A DNA stretch of 32,000 nucleotides, taken from positions 300,001 to 332,000 of the forward strand of contig NC_015722.1 of NCBI RefSeq assembly GCF_000219355.1, written 5' to 3'. The position numbers and the translations under genes were made by a program. This DNA comes from Candidatus Midichloria mitochondrii IricVA (lineage in GTDB: Bacteria > Pseudomonadota > Alphaproteobacteria > Rickettsiales > Midichloriaceae). Below the pieces are notes generated by a model. It did no database searches and was not told where the DNA came from. It was given only the letters and a program-made list of their open reading frames with translations. Positions 9,011 to 18,132 of this stretch are shown piece after piece (position 1 is the stretch's first letter; every line of letters starts with the position of its first letter).

Positions 9011-9372
9011 CAATTAGCAATTGTTTGACCTAGTGAATTTTTATTTATAAGCACTGTTATGGAAAACAACCTGGGCACCCAGGTCTTTGGGGCAGCTAAA
9101 AGTTCTATTGTGTTTATAGCAGTAAAGAAAAAAGGTCTCGTATTCCTCAATTTGAAAGGGCGCTATGTAGGATTGGGTATTTAATTTCCCTCCAGGATAG
9201 CACAATGGATAACTGAAGCAATAAAAAACAGACCCCCTTCTGCCCTTTGGTAAGCTTCGCTACTCCATTACCCTGCTTTTCGCTATAGGAGCCATAACCC
9301 AAGCCTCACCAAATCCCTAAGACTCATTTAAGCCTTTCGCTTTACCTTGGTTACTTCTTGCTAAACTTTTAG

Positions 9373-9678
9373 TTAGGTGACCCCGGCCAACACCCACTTT
9401 TTATGCTGGTTAGCTGCTTCTTTTAACTCCTTGCCTGCGCTGAATCTTGGTCTTTTGGTCGCAGGAACTTTAATTATTTTGCCAGTTTGTGGATTTCTAG
9501 CATCTCTTGCAGCCACGTCTTTTACTTTAAAAGAGCCAAAGCCAACTAATCTGATCTCACCCCCACCCTGTAAAGTTTCTGTTACTATAGAAATAAAAGA
9601 GTCTACAAATCTAGCTGCCTCAGCTTTTGTTGAATTACTATGAGTAGCAATTGCTGCTATAAATTCTGTTTTGTTCAT
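9373..9678 (-). CDS. hup: Nucleoid-associated DNA-binding protein HU
   Basis: 101-aa ORF reading MNKTEFIAAIA...AEAARFVDSFISIVTETLQGGGEIRLVGFGSFKVKDVAARDARNPQTGKIIKVPATKRPRFSAGKELK. This is the canonical HU/IHF fold signature including the RNPQTG arm. Confidence 0.85.
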   Translation of the reverse strand: MNKTEFIAAIATHSNSTKAEAARFVDSFISIVTETLQGGGEIRLVGFGSFKVKDVAARDARNPQTGKIIKVPATKRPRFSAGKELKEAANQHKKWVLAGVT

Positions 9679-9815
9679 AATCTATAAAAATAATAAATAA
9701 TATGCAAGATAATAGTAATATATGCTTTATGTCTAGTGTTTTTATTAAATAGTTGTTAGTTGATTAAGTATATACCAAAATATTCAATATAATTTAGTTC
9801 CTAATACTCTGCTTG

Positions 9816-10235
9816 CTAATCATTAGTTAAGCCTTGTTCCTTACCTTTAAAGTTGTCTAAAATATCTCTCTCAATTTTTTCTTGTTTTTTAGACTCCTCA
9901 ACATTGATTTTTTTCAGAATGTATTCATATTTCTTTTGCTCAGAACGTATATCTCTTAATTGATCACGGATCGTTTCTAGTTCCAATTCCTTTTTCTTTA
10001 TATCGACTATGATAGATTTCTGCTTTTTTTGCTCCAATTCAAAAAACTCTACAAAACCATAAGTGCTTCCATAATTTGTTACTATCTCTTTTTCTTGAGC
10101 AATTTGGTTAATAGAACTCCGCAATCTCTTTGATAGTTCAGCTAATTCTGCTTTCTCACTAAATAATTCTTGCTGCTTTTTATCAAGCTCTACGCCTATT
10201 TTTTTTAATATTTTCTTGATCGTGCTCTTCTTCAT
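9816..10235 (-). CDS. Small coiled-coil protein, possibly FliJ-like (flagellar/T3SS export chaperone family)
   Basis: 139-aa ORF that is highly charged with heptad character. The C-terminal half (..LRDIRSEQKKYEYILKK....KKQEKIERDILDNF) resembles the alphaproteobacterial FliJ pattern (..E..KKYE.l......E...LDE) as I recall it. No other flagellar genes are in the window. Confidence 0.35.
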   Translation of the reverse strand: MKKSTIKKILKKIGVELDKKQQELFSEKAELAELSKRLRSSINQIAQEKEIVTNYGSTYGFVEFFELEQKKQKSIIVDIKKKELELETIRDQLRDIRSEQKKYEYILKKINVEESKKQEKIERDILDNFKGKEQGLTND

Positions 10236-10340
10236 TTAAGCGGTCTGTTTAATAGATAATATTACTATATGATTAAATAGAGGTAGTATTTTTAATATGC
10301 TCGTAAAATAGAAGAAGTTCAATCTCCTGCTCAAATTATA

Positions 10341-12203
10341 TTAATGTTTTTTACTATATAAACGCCAATTAGTTGCGGTTTGGAAATAAGATATAGCGGT
10401 TTCTAATAAATTTTTGTCCTCTTTCTCAAGCGCAACAAATTGTTCTTCATTATCTTTAATGAAAAACTTCTTTTGTCTAGTAGGGCTCAAAACAACCATC
10501 TTATCATTTTCTATATAACCCATTTCTCTATAATTCGAAATAAATGCCCTGTTAGGGTTCTCTCTTAGTAAATCAAGACCATAGAATTGAGTTTCATATT
10601 CTATATCTAAAATCCCTAATAAAGTTGGAGCCAAGTCTATCTGGCTTGAGAGGTTATTTATAATTTTTGGAGTTAATATCTTAGGAGCGTACAGGAATAA
10701 AGGTATACGATGTTTATTTGGATCGAGAGCTATTTTTCCACAACTACTTGCTGCATGATCTGCTATAATAACAAATATTGTATTATCAAACCATGGCTTC
10801 TTTTTAGCCTCTTCTAGGAACTTGCCTATAGCATAATCCGTGTATTTGACTGCACTTTCTCTTTTTTGGGCGGTTAAATCTATCCTGCCCGCTGGAAAGG
10901 TAAAAGGCCTATGATTTGAAGTGGTCATAATCACTTGAAAGAAAGGTAAAGATTTTTCATGTAAAATATCTATTTCCCTTAATGCCTTATTTAATAAATC
11001 TTCATCACACACTCCCCAAGCATTTGAAAAAGTTACTTCTTTACTTTTGAAGTCTGCTCTATCTATAATTTGATAACCATTGTTTTGAAAAAAGTAGTTC
11101 ATATTATCAAAATAACCAAAACCACCATATACGAATTGGTTATGATAACCTTTTGCCTTCAAAACTCCTCCTAAAGAAAACATATCTTCATTTTCTGGAC
11201 GCCTTACTATAGAATTTCCTGGAATTGGTGGAATAGAAAGAGTTATAGCAGCAAGTCCATAAACTGTACGGGTGCCGGTTGCATACATATTAGTAAAAAA
11301 GACTGATTTATCCTTCAGGTCGTCTAAATAAGGAGTAATATTGAGCGTATTACCAAAGGCGCTTAAAAATTCAGCGCTTAGACTCTCAACAATAATAATA
11401 ACGATATTATGTTTTTTTTCTTTAACAGTTGATTTAAGAGATCTGATTATAGAGCCCTCATGAAAGTTTTGTTTAAATTTAGATTGCAAGATGTTGAACC
11501 TAGCTGGCTCGTCTAGGGTTACATAAAATTCCTCATATGATAAATCGTTATGAAAATAAGCTGAGAATAGAGAGTACAACCCATTTTTTGATATCTCATT
11601 AATATATCTGTTATCACTATTTACTAAGTCATTATTAACAAAAGAATAAGAGGCAAAATTAAATAGAACTAATATAGCAAAAGGTAAAAGTCTGTTACCA
11701 TTAATAGTGGTCTTTAAGAATTTAAACAATACTACAGCGGTCATCAGAGAACCTATTGAAAGTCCAATGAGAATTTCAATAAATGCATATGATTGCATAA
11801 GATTTTTTATTACTTCGTCAGTATAAACTAAATAATCTACCGCTATAAAATTAAATCTCGATTTAAATTCGTACCAAAAAATAATCTCTGAGGTGGTGGC
11901 AAGAAAAATAATAAGTATAAAAGTAAAAAATACAAAAAATCTTAAGATTTTAAATATTATAATCTCTTCTTGAGTAAGCCAAATTAGGGTAGTTAAAGAT
12001 AGGACTAAAAGTATCCACCCAAAAGTCACAAGATCATATAAAAAGCCATAACTGAATATGGTTATATAGTTGAGAAAAGATATAGAATCTGTATCAGATA
12101 TACTTAACAAATATAGTCTTAGAGCTACTTGTATAAAAAAGAATAAAAAAAACTCGACTCGAAAAGTTTCGGAAAATTCGGTTAACTTGTACATAAAAAA
12201 CAA
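10341..12203 (-). CDS. Membrane-anchored sulfatase / LTA-synthase (phosphoglycerol transferase, alkaline-phosphatase superfamily) protein
   Basis: 620-aa ORF. The N-terminal roughly 200 aa is polytopic and hydrophobic. The following soluble domain has sulfatase-type motifs: NIVIIIVESLSAEF, TGTRTVYGL, MTTSNHRPF and IADHAA. Confidence 0.65.
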   Translation of the reverse strand: MFFMYKLTEFSETFRVEFFLFFFIQVALRLYLLSISDTDSISFLNYITIFSYGFLYDLVTFGWILLVLSLTTLIWLTQEEIIIFKILRFFVFFTFILIIFLATTSEIIFWYEFKSRFNFIAVDYLVYTDEVIKNLMQSYAFIEILIGLSIGSLMTAVVLFKFLKTTINGNRLLPFAILVLFNFASYSFVNNDLVNSDNRYINEISKNGLYSLFSAYFHNDLSYEEFYVTLDEPARFNILQSKFKQNFHEGSIIRSLKSTVKEKKHNIVIIIVESLSAEFLSAFGNTLNITPYLDDLKDKSVFFTNMYATGTRTVYGLAAITLSIPPIPGNSIVRRPENEDMFSLGGVLKAKGYHNQFVYGGFGYFDNMNYFFQNNGYQIIDRADFKSKEVTFSNAWGVCDEDLLNKALREIDILHEKSLPFFQVIMTTSNHRPFTFPAGRIDLTAQKRESAVKYTDYAIGKFLEEAKKKPWFDNTIFVIIADHAASSCGKIALDPNKHRIPLFLYAPKILTPKIINNLSSQIDLAPTLLGILDIEYETQFYGLDLLRENPNRAFISNYREMGYIENDKMVVLSPTRQKKFFIKDNEEQFVALEKEDKNLLETAISYFQTATNWRLYSKKH

Positions 12204-12206
12204 AAA

Positions 12207-13628
12207 CTACTTTTGATATATTTTATTATTAAATTCATAAGACAAAGCCATTACCGATAGTAACCATACTGCGACAATTATTATCATTATTAAGAATACA
12301 TTGGGTACTAGAGTTAATAATGAAGAGCCTGGTATAAAAGAGAGCATTATCCATTGAATAAACGCTCCCCAAGCCTTTCCTAGTCTTAGTGTTAAAATAT
12401 CAAAAGCTTTGCTTATTGATCTTAAAGGCTCAGGCAGAGGAATAAACGCTATCTCCTTTGTCGGGTCAAAGAAAGCATGGCAAGAGCGACTAAATATATT
12501 TTGTATTGCTCCAAAGAGGATAGCTATTGAAATCATTCCTATACTCTCTACGTTAGTACCGTCTTGAGAAACGTAATCACAGTAAATGAGCGCTGAGAAA
12601 AAAGCTGCGGTTGTAATAAAGATAACTATTGGTGTTATTAACGAAGCTGCCTTCCAGGTTATAAATCTCATCAAATAAGCACTGATTAACATAAAGATCA
12701 TAGAAGTAACAGCAGTGTAAGTTTGAATATGCCCCATGAAGTTACTATAATCTATTGGATCAGGATAAGAAGATCTCACTATACTCTTCCAAATTGATTC
12801 AACTAATATTGAAGTGAAAGCATAACAGAATACTAAAGCCATTATTAAAATGGTATATCTTGATGAAAATACCAACTGTAAATTACTTATCAAGTTATCT
12901 CGACTCGGGTAAATAGCTTGTTGAACCTGGTTTATGTTATTTATTCCAACAATAAAACGGCTTAAATATAAAAAAGTTAATGAGATTAAGAGGCTTAAAA
13001 ATACTATTGTTAAGATAAGATAATGAAATGTTTGATCCCACGCGCCATACAAACCAAAATTAGCAAAATATTGTATAGTTTCGCCAGAAGCAACCATGCC
13101 CATCTGCCCTACTAACATTATTATAGGATATACTTTCTTCGCTTGCTTCACGTCAGTAGTTTGATTAACGATTTGCCAAAATAATAACATGAGCATTACA
13201 CTGCCCCAAAGTTCGGCGATAATATAAAATAAACCATGAGTCCAATTACTACCAACAATTACCAAATAACGTAAGAAATACCAATCAGCTCTTATCTCAC
13301 GCATAAAGTGTGGCTCTAGCTTTATATTTAATGATTCCGCATTCGGATAAATAAAAAATGCGTAAATAAGAAAGAATAACGAGAAAAAGAGATTCATTGA
13401 ATGGTAAATTGTTGTCTTTTTTACTTTCTTTAATAAGTTCGTGTAGGTAAGAATTATTATGATAGTAACGGGCAAGGTACCGTATAATTTTAGAGTTGTA
13501 ATGACCTCGACCCCCAAAGCGGATATGACTAAAGCGTCTTTAACTGCTCTTGTAAGTCCAAATACATATACTGTTAAAATCATCAAAGCGCAGATGAAGA
13601 ACAGCTTTTTGTGTTCATATTTAATCAT
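12207..13628 (-). CDS. tlc: TLC/NTT-family nucleotide transporter (ATP/ADP translocase homologue)
   Basis: 473-aa polytopic ORF. Blocks match Rickettsia Tlc as I recall it: FYIIAELWGSVMLMLLFWQIVNQTTDVKQAKKVY, LVESIWKS, ITWKAASLITPIVIFITTAAFFS and IQNIFSRS..FDPTKEIAFIPL. Its stop lies 3 nt from the start of the downstream sulfatase-family gene. Confidence 0.85.
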   Translation of the reverse strand: MIKYEHKKLFFICALMILTVYVFGLTRAVKDALVISALGVEVITTLKLYGTLPVTIIIILTYTNLLKKVKKTTIYHSMNLFFSLFFLIYAFFIYPNAESLNIKLEPHFMREIRADWYFLRYLVIVGSNWTHGLFYIIAELWGSVMLMLLFWQIVNQTTDVKQAKKVYPIIMLVGQMGMVASGETIQYFANFGLYGAWDQTFHYLILTIVFLSLLISLTFLYLSRFIVGINNINQVQQAIYPSRDNLISNLQLVFSSRYTILIMALVFCYAFTSILVESIWKSIVRSSYPDPIDYSNFMGHIQTYTAVTSMIFMLISAYLMRFITWKAASLITPIVIFITTAAFFSALIYCDYVSQDGTNVESIGMISIAILFGAIQNIFSRSCHAFFDPTKEIAFIPLPEPLRSISKAFDILTLRLGKAWGAFIQWIMLSFIPGSSLLTLVPNVFLIMIIIVAVWLLSVMALSYEFNNKIYQK

Positions 13629-13775
13629 TTAAAAAAAGAATATTTTTTCGTCACGACAAAGGTTATATGTATCTATAAAAGATTAAACACATTTAATTAA
13701 AATAATTAAACAAATATGCATCCAATAAATCCGTTTGTTAAATTTTTATTAAAAATCGGCTTCGTGCATTATAGT

Positions 13776-14104
13776 AACCTCAGTTTGACGTTAAGGAGTA
13801 TGCCCGTGAGCCTATTTTTCCATGAGATATATTGGGTTTGAAGACACAAGCCAAGAGCCCCCGAGAAGAGAGGTCTGCCAAGAAATTGTTTAGCGAGCGA
13901 TGCCGTGGTGCTGGATTTGGCAAATCTCTTTCAATTGTCCGATGGCTGTTTCAATCAATCCACGCCCTGCAAGAAGCAGCTGTTTAAAAGCCGCAAGCGG
14001 GTTTTGTTTTTCATGTTTTCCTTAAGCTGTGTGAAGAGTTCAATACCTTGATTGCTCAGTGTTTTTGCTTATATACCACCGATCTCCGAATGGAAGGCCC
14101 GTCA
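13776..14104 (-). mobile_element. IS982-family element, 3'-terminal fragment (copy B)
   Basis: It starts with AACCTCAGTTTGACG and matches the reverse complement of the A2 3' region through ..ccaccgatctccgaatggaaggcccgtca. A 23-nt piece in the opposite orientation follows (gtcataacttaagtattagccgt, compare 8416-8438). Confidence 0.8.
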
Positions 14105-14121
14105 TAACTTAAGTATTAGCC

Positions 14122-14922
14122 GTGGCAATGCCTGGTAATTATAGACAGCAATAAGAGGGTGTTGATATCTTCGCAGTAAAACGGGAGTAGAAATGACAAT
14201 CAAGTGTAAATATTGCGGCTCCAGCGAGCAGGTGAAGAATGGCGTGGTATAGGGACAGCAAGAGGTAATAGGGTGCAAGAATTGCAAAAAGAATTACCGA
14301 GAAGGTGATAAGCGGCAGAATACACTATGAATGATAGACTTAAAACCTAACCTTGAGGAGTGTGGAATTAGGACGATAGAGAGACTGACTGGAATCCATA
14401 ACGGCCAAATATCTTCATGGATCGAAGGACGGGGGGACGCTATGTGCAAGAAAAGTTAGATAAGAGCTGCAACAGCACAAAGTCACTTAAGGATATCGAG
14501 GTCCTAGAGATTGAGGAGCTGTGCACATATAGAATGGAAGTGGGAGTACACCTTTATATTGATTGCTGTTGATAGAGGATCAGGTGAAATTATTGATTTT
14601 GAAGGTAGGTTGACGGGAGCAAGGCAACCTACCTGAACCTGTCATTTAGGCTTTGAGGAACGTTATAAAATTGAGCATGTACAGATGATTACAGCGTTTA
14701 TGAATACTACAAAATCTCCGTGCACCATCACAAAACAAAGGCTGGGACATCATTGTGGTAGAATCAAAGAATTCTTTAAGAGGCATTATCTAGCTAGTTT
14801 TAATCGAAGAACGAAGCGCTATAGCAAACCCCTGAGGATGCTTTGCGCTACTCTTACCCTCTTCTTCCATAGGCATTTGCTGGATTTGAAACTCCTATCT
14901 ACTAAATACTAGGCAATGCCAC
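14122..14922 (+). mobile_element. IS1-family insertion sequence, degraded (about 800 bp) with terminal inverted repeats
   Basis: The ends are GTGGCAATGCCTGGTA... and ...TACTAGGCAATGCCAC (reverse complement GTGGCATTGCCTAGTA). An InsA-like zinc-finger start at 14193 (MTIKCKYCGSSEQVKNGVV*..CKNCKK) is stopped prematurely. InsB-like pieces lie in several frames (LEIEELCTY, IAVDRGSGEIIDFE). ORF 14685..14912 carries ...FNRRTKRYSKPLRML. Confidence 0.8.
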
Positions 14923-15002
14923 TATGGGTAAAAAATACTTAATGAAGATTATTATAATATTACTTATTATGAACCACAATAATCTTTTTGTAATTAATTG
15001 AA

Positions 15003-17042
15003 ATGACTAAGCCGATCGCTTTAAGAAAAGAATATAAAACTATAGATGGAAGGATAGATTATTATCACTGGTTAAGGGACCCAAATTGGCCGGATGTGAA
15101 GGATCCTGAGATATTAAGTTATTTAAATCAAGAAAATGCATATACTGACGCTCATATTTCAAAGGATTTAGTAGATAAAATTTTTATTGAGATGAGAGGA
15201 AAGTTAGAGGAAGCTGACAAAACTGTACCATATTTAAATGGTTGGTATTATTACTATTCCTATATCCTGGAGGGACAGCAGTATTGGATCCACGCTAGAA
15301 AGAAAGAGAATAATGAGAGGGAAGAAATTTTATTAGACGAAAATCAGCTAGCCCTGAATGAAAAGTATTTAAGAGTAAGCACTCTTAAGATTTCTCCAGA
15401 TCATAAGAAAATTGCTTATCTGGCCGATTATGGTGGTGATGAGAGATATATGGTTTATGTTAAGGATATAGAAAGCGGAGAAATAATAGAAAATAATGTT
15501 GATGACGTAATTGGAAATATAGAGTGGGATGGGTTAGGGAAAGGATTTTTTTATACTCCTGCTGGCAAATTTTGGCGAGCTGATAGAATTTATTATCATG
15601 AAGTTGGTAAGGAAAAGAAGGATGATAAACTTTTATACCAAGAAAAAGACAACACTTTTTCTGTAGCCATAGAAAAAAGTAGTAGTAAAAATTATATATT
15701 TTTCATGTCAAAAAGTGCGACTGCTTCTGAGTACCATTTTATTGATTCTCGTAATCCGCATCAACTGCCGCAAGTTATACATAGTAGAACAAATAACCAT
15801 ATCTATGAGGTTGTGCATACCCGAGATAGCTTTTTCTTGAGAATCAATGATGTTGCTCCTAATTTTAGAGTTATTCAGGTTTCAATTAATGATCTAAAAA
15901 ATTGGCAGGAATTTGTACCTTCCTCTGATTACTATATCCAAGATATTTACGCTTATGAGGACTATTTAGTTTTACTAACTAGGTTAAAGGGGCGAGCTAA
16001 AATAGAAATAATTAATTTACTAGAAAATAAAATCCAAAGAATTGATGTTGAAGGCGAATTCTATGAAATTTTTATTATACATAATACCTTTAATGATCGT
16101 GCCTTAAGGTACCTATATAGCTCTTTGAAGACTCCAAGGACCACTATAGATTATGATTTCGTTACGGGCGAAAAAAAGGTTTTAAAAGTACAAAGAATAC
16201 CAGGGGGCTTTGATCCCTCAAAATATATTTTAAGGAGAATTTGGGCTGAGACCAGTGATAATATTAGCATCCCTATTTCCATTATATATAATAAAGAGAA
16301 GGCAAAGCTGGATGGCTCGGATCCGCTGTATTTGTACGGCTACGGCTCATATGGGTATGCAGTGCCAGCTAGCTTTAGGTCACATATCTTCTCTTTGGTG
16401 GATAGAGGTTTTACCTATGCTATAGCCCATATTAGGGGTGGTGATGAATTAGGAAAATCTTGGCACGAAGCAGCAAAGTTTTTAAATAAAAAGAATACTT
16501 TTACTGATTTTATAGAATCAGCAGAGAAGCTCATAGAAGATAAATATACTGCTCCAGGTAAAATAGTGATTAGTGGAGGGAGCGCGGGCGGTATGCTAGT
16601 TGGAGCTTGTATAAATATGAGACCAGAACTTTATAAAGCAGCAGTTGCACATGTTCCATTTGTTGACGTCTTAAGTACTATGCTTGACGAATCTTTACCA
16701 CTTACTCCTGGCGAGTTTAAGGAGTGGGGTAACCCTAAAGAAAAAGAGTTTTATGAGTATATAAAATCATATTCACCTTACGATAACGTTGTTCCACAGC
16801 GTTATCCACATTTATTTGTGACTGCAGGGCTCACTGATCCAAGGGTAACGTATTGGGAACCTGCCAAGTGGGTTGCTCTATTGCGTCACACCAAAAAAGA
16901 TGATAATATGCTACTGTTAAAGACTGACATGAGTTCTGGCCATGGGGGGCCTTCGGGCAGGTTTGAATTCTTGCGGGAATTAGCGTTGGAATATGCATTT
17001 ATATTGGGTTTATATTATGGCGAACAGCATATCAATAATTAA
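15003..17042 (+). CDS. ptrB: Oligopeptidase B / S9A prolyl-oligopeptidase-family serine protease
   Basis: 679-aa ORF with an N-terminal beta-propeller-type region. The C-terminal alpha/beta hydrolase domain has the catalytic-serine motif ISGGSAGGMLVG plus GLTDPRV and SGHGG. Confidence 0.85.
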   Translation: MTKPIALRKEYKTIDGRIDYYHWLRDPNWPDVKDPEILSYLNQENAYTDAHISKDLVDKIFIEMRGKLEEADKTVPYLNGWYYYYSYILEGQQYWIHARKKENNEREEILLDENQLALNEKYLRVSTLKISPDHKKIAYLADYGGDERYMVYVKDIESGEIIENNVDDVIGNIEWDGLGKGFFYTPAGKFWRADRIYYHEVGKEKKDDKLLYQEKDNTFSVAIEKSSSKNYIFFMSKSATASEYHFIDSRNPHQLPQVIHSRTNNHIYEVVHTRDSFFLRINDVAPNFRVIQVSINDLKNWQEFVPSSDYYIQDIYAYEDYLVLLTRLKGRAKIEIINLLENKIQRIDVEGEFYEIFIIHNTFNDRALRYLYSSLKTPRTTIDYDFVTGEKKVLKVQRIPGGFDPSKYILRRIWAETSDNISIPISIIYNKEKAKLDGSDPLYLYGYGSYGYAVPASFRSHIFSLVDRGFTYAIAHIRGGDELGKSWHEAAKFLNKKNTFTDFIESAEKLIEDKYTAPGKIVISGGSAGGMLVGACINMRPELYKAAVAHVPFVDVLSTMLDESLPLTPGEFKEWGNPKEKEFYEYIKSYSPYDNVVPQRYPHLFVTAGLTDPRVTYWEPAKWVALLRHTKKDDNMLLLKTDMSSGHGGPSGRFEFLRELALEYAFILGLYYGEQHINN

Positions 17043-18083
17043 ACAAACAGTGAGCTTATTTAACAGTACTGGCTGGATTGCGGTATTATTAGAGAGCTTA
17101 GTGATTATATCATTTACTGTATCTGCCAATTTTCTGCTTAGGGTTGTGTTTAATAGAATAAGAATTTTTTAAATTCTACCAGGAAAAATAAGGAATTCCA
17201 TTGGTATATCGAAATTATGAGAATGGTAGAAAGTCCTCTTCCTAAGGCTCTATGGATTTTTAGCATAGCTTATATAGCAGAACTTATATGTAGATATTGT
17301 AAACTTCCCTTTGATTTAATCGCAGCTCTTAGAATGGTTGCAATTATTTTTGTTTTTGCTCAAGCAGCCATATTAGAGGTTGATAAACTAGAGGCAGGGT
17401 TAATAGCTCCACCAAAGAAGAATACTCCTAAAATGGATAAGGTAGCAATCGATATTCCTTCTAAGTTAATTAAAGCAATAATATATATAGTTGCAGCTTT
17501 AGCTATTATGCAAGCACTTGGAGTTAATATTAATGGAATATTAGCTCTTGGGGGGATAAGCGGTTTAGCAGTAGGTTTTGCTTCTAGGGAGCTACTCTCA
17601 AATTTTTTTGGAACAATCATGATTTATTTAGATAAACCATTTATAATTGGAGAATTTGTGAGAGTAGAGGGAAGGAATTGTGTAGGAACTATTGAAAAGG
17701 TAGACTGGCGGATGACAACAGTTAGAACCGAAGATAAGAAACAAGTTTTTATTCCTAATTCTGCTTTCTTAACCGCTTCAATAGAAAATTCTTCAAGATT
17801 ATCACACCGTATTTTTTCCGAAGAAATTAAAGTCCTTTGTGCCGACTATAAAAAAATTATTGGTTTAATAAAAGATATTAAGAGTTTTATCAAAACGCAT
17901 AAAGAAATTGATGGTAGAGAAAGCATTAGCATTGATATTATAGAAATTTCACAAAATGTGATCAGGTTAAGTATCAAAGGTTTTTCGAAGTATACCGAAG
18001 TAGGTAAATTTGGTAAATTCCGGAACAATTTATTAGTTGAGATCGCTGAAATGGTCAAAAAACATGATTTGTTATTAGCTTAA
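17017..18083 (+). pseudogene. MscS-family mechanosensitive channel, split by a single-base frameshift in a T6 run (or a homopolymer miscall)
   Basis: ORF 17217..18083 (288 aa) has the MscS core: GGISGLAVGFASRELLSNFFGTIMIYLDKPFIIGEFV, GTIEKVDWRMTTVRTEDKKQVFIPNS. A 51-codon ORF from ATG 17017 (MANSISIIKQTVSLFNSTGWIAVLLESLVIISFTVSANFLLRVVFNRIRIF*) supplies a plausible first TM helix. One extra T at 17165-17170 would join them as ..RIFLNSTRKNKEFHWYIEIMRMVESPLPKAL... Confidence 0.7.
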
Positions 18084-18132
18084 TTAAGAAGCAAAATAGA
18101 GAAGAAATTGGTTGATCAGCTTAATTTAAAGC

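Noticed and set aside
8953-9150. 65-aa ORF on the minus strand inside the repeat-family-2 tract.
   Set aside because: There are no motifs. The homologous repeat copy at 20270-20420 does not preserve the frame, so it is unlikely to be coding.
9150-9372. Possible small RNA (tmRNA, SRP RNA, RNase P or tRNA) downstream of hup. The tract is GC-richer and ends on the minus strand in ..gggcagaagggggtctgttttttatt.
   Set aside because: I could not find any diagnostic motif: no T-arm GGTTCGA-type sequence, no SRP GGAA/AGCA motif and no RNase P GAGGAAAGTCC. The stem before the T run is only about 4 bp. It remains unexplained.
14193-14700. Programmed -1 frameshift (InsA-InsB' fusion) in the IS1-family element.
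   Set aside because: The element has premature stops already inside the InsA zinc-finger region and several further frame breaks. The frame changes therefore reflect decay, not the single canonical A-run frameshift site.
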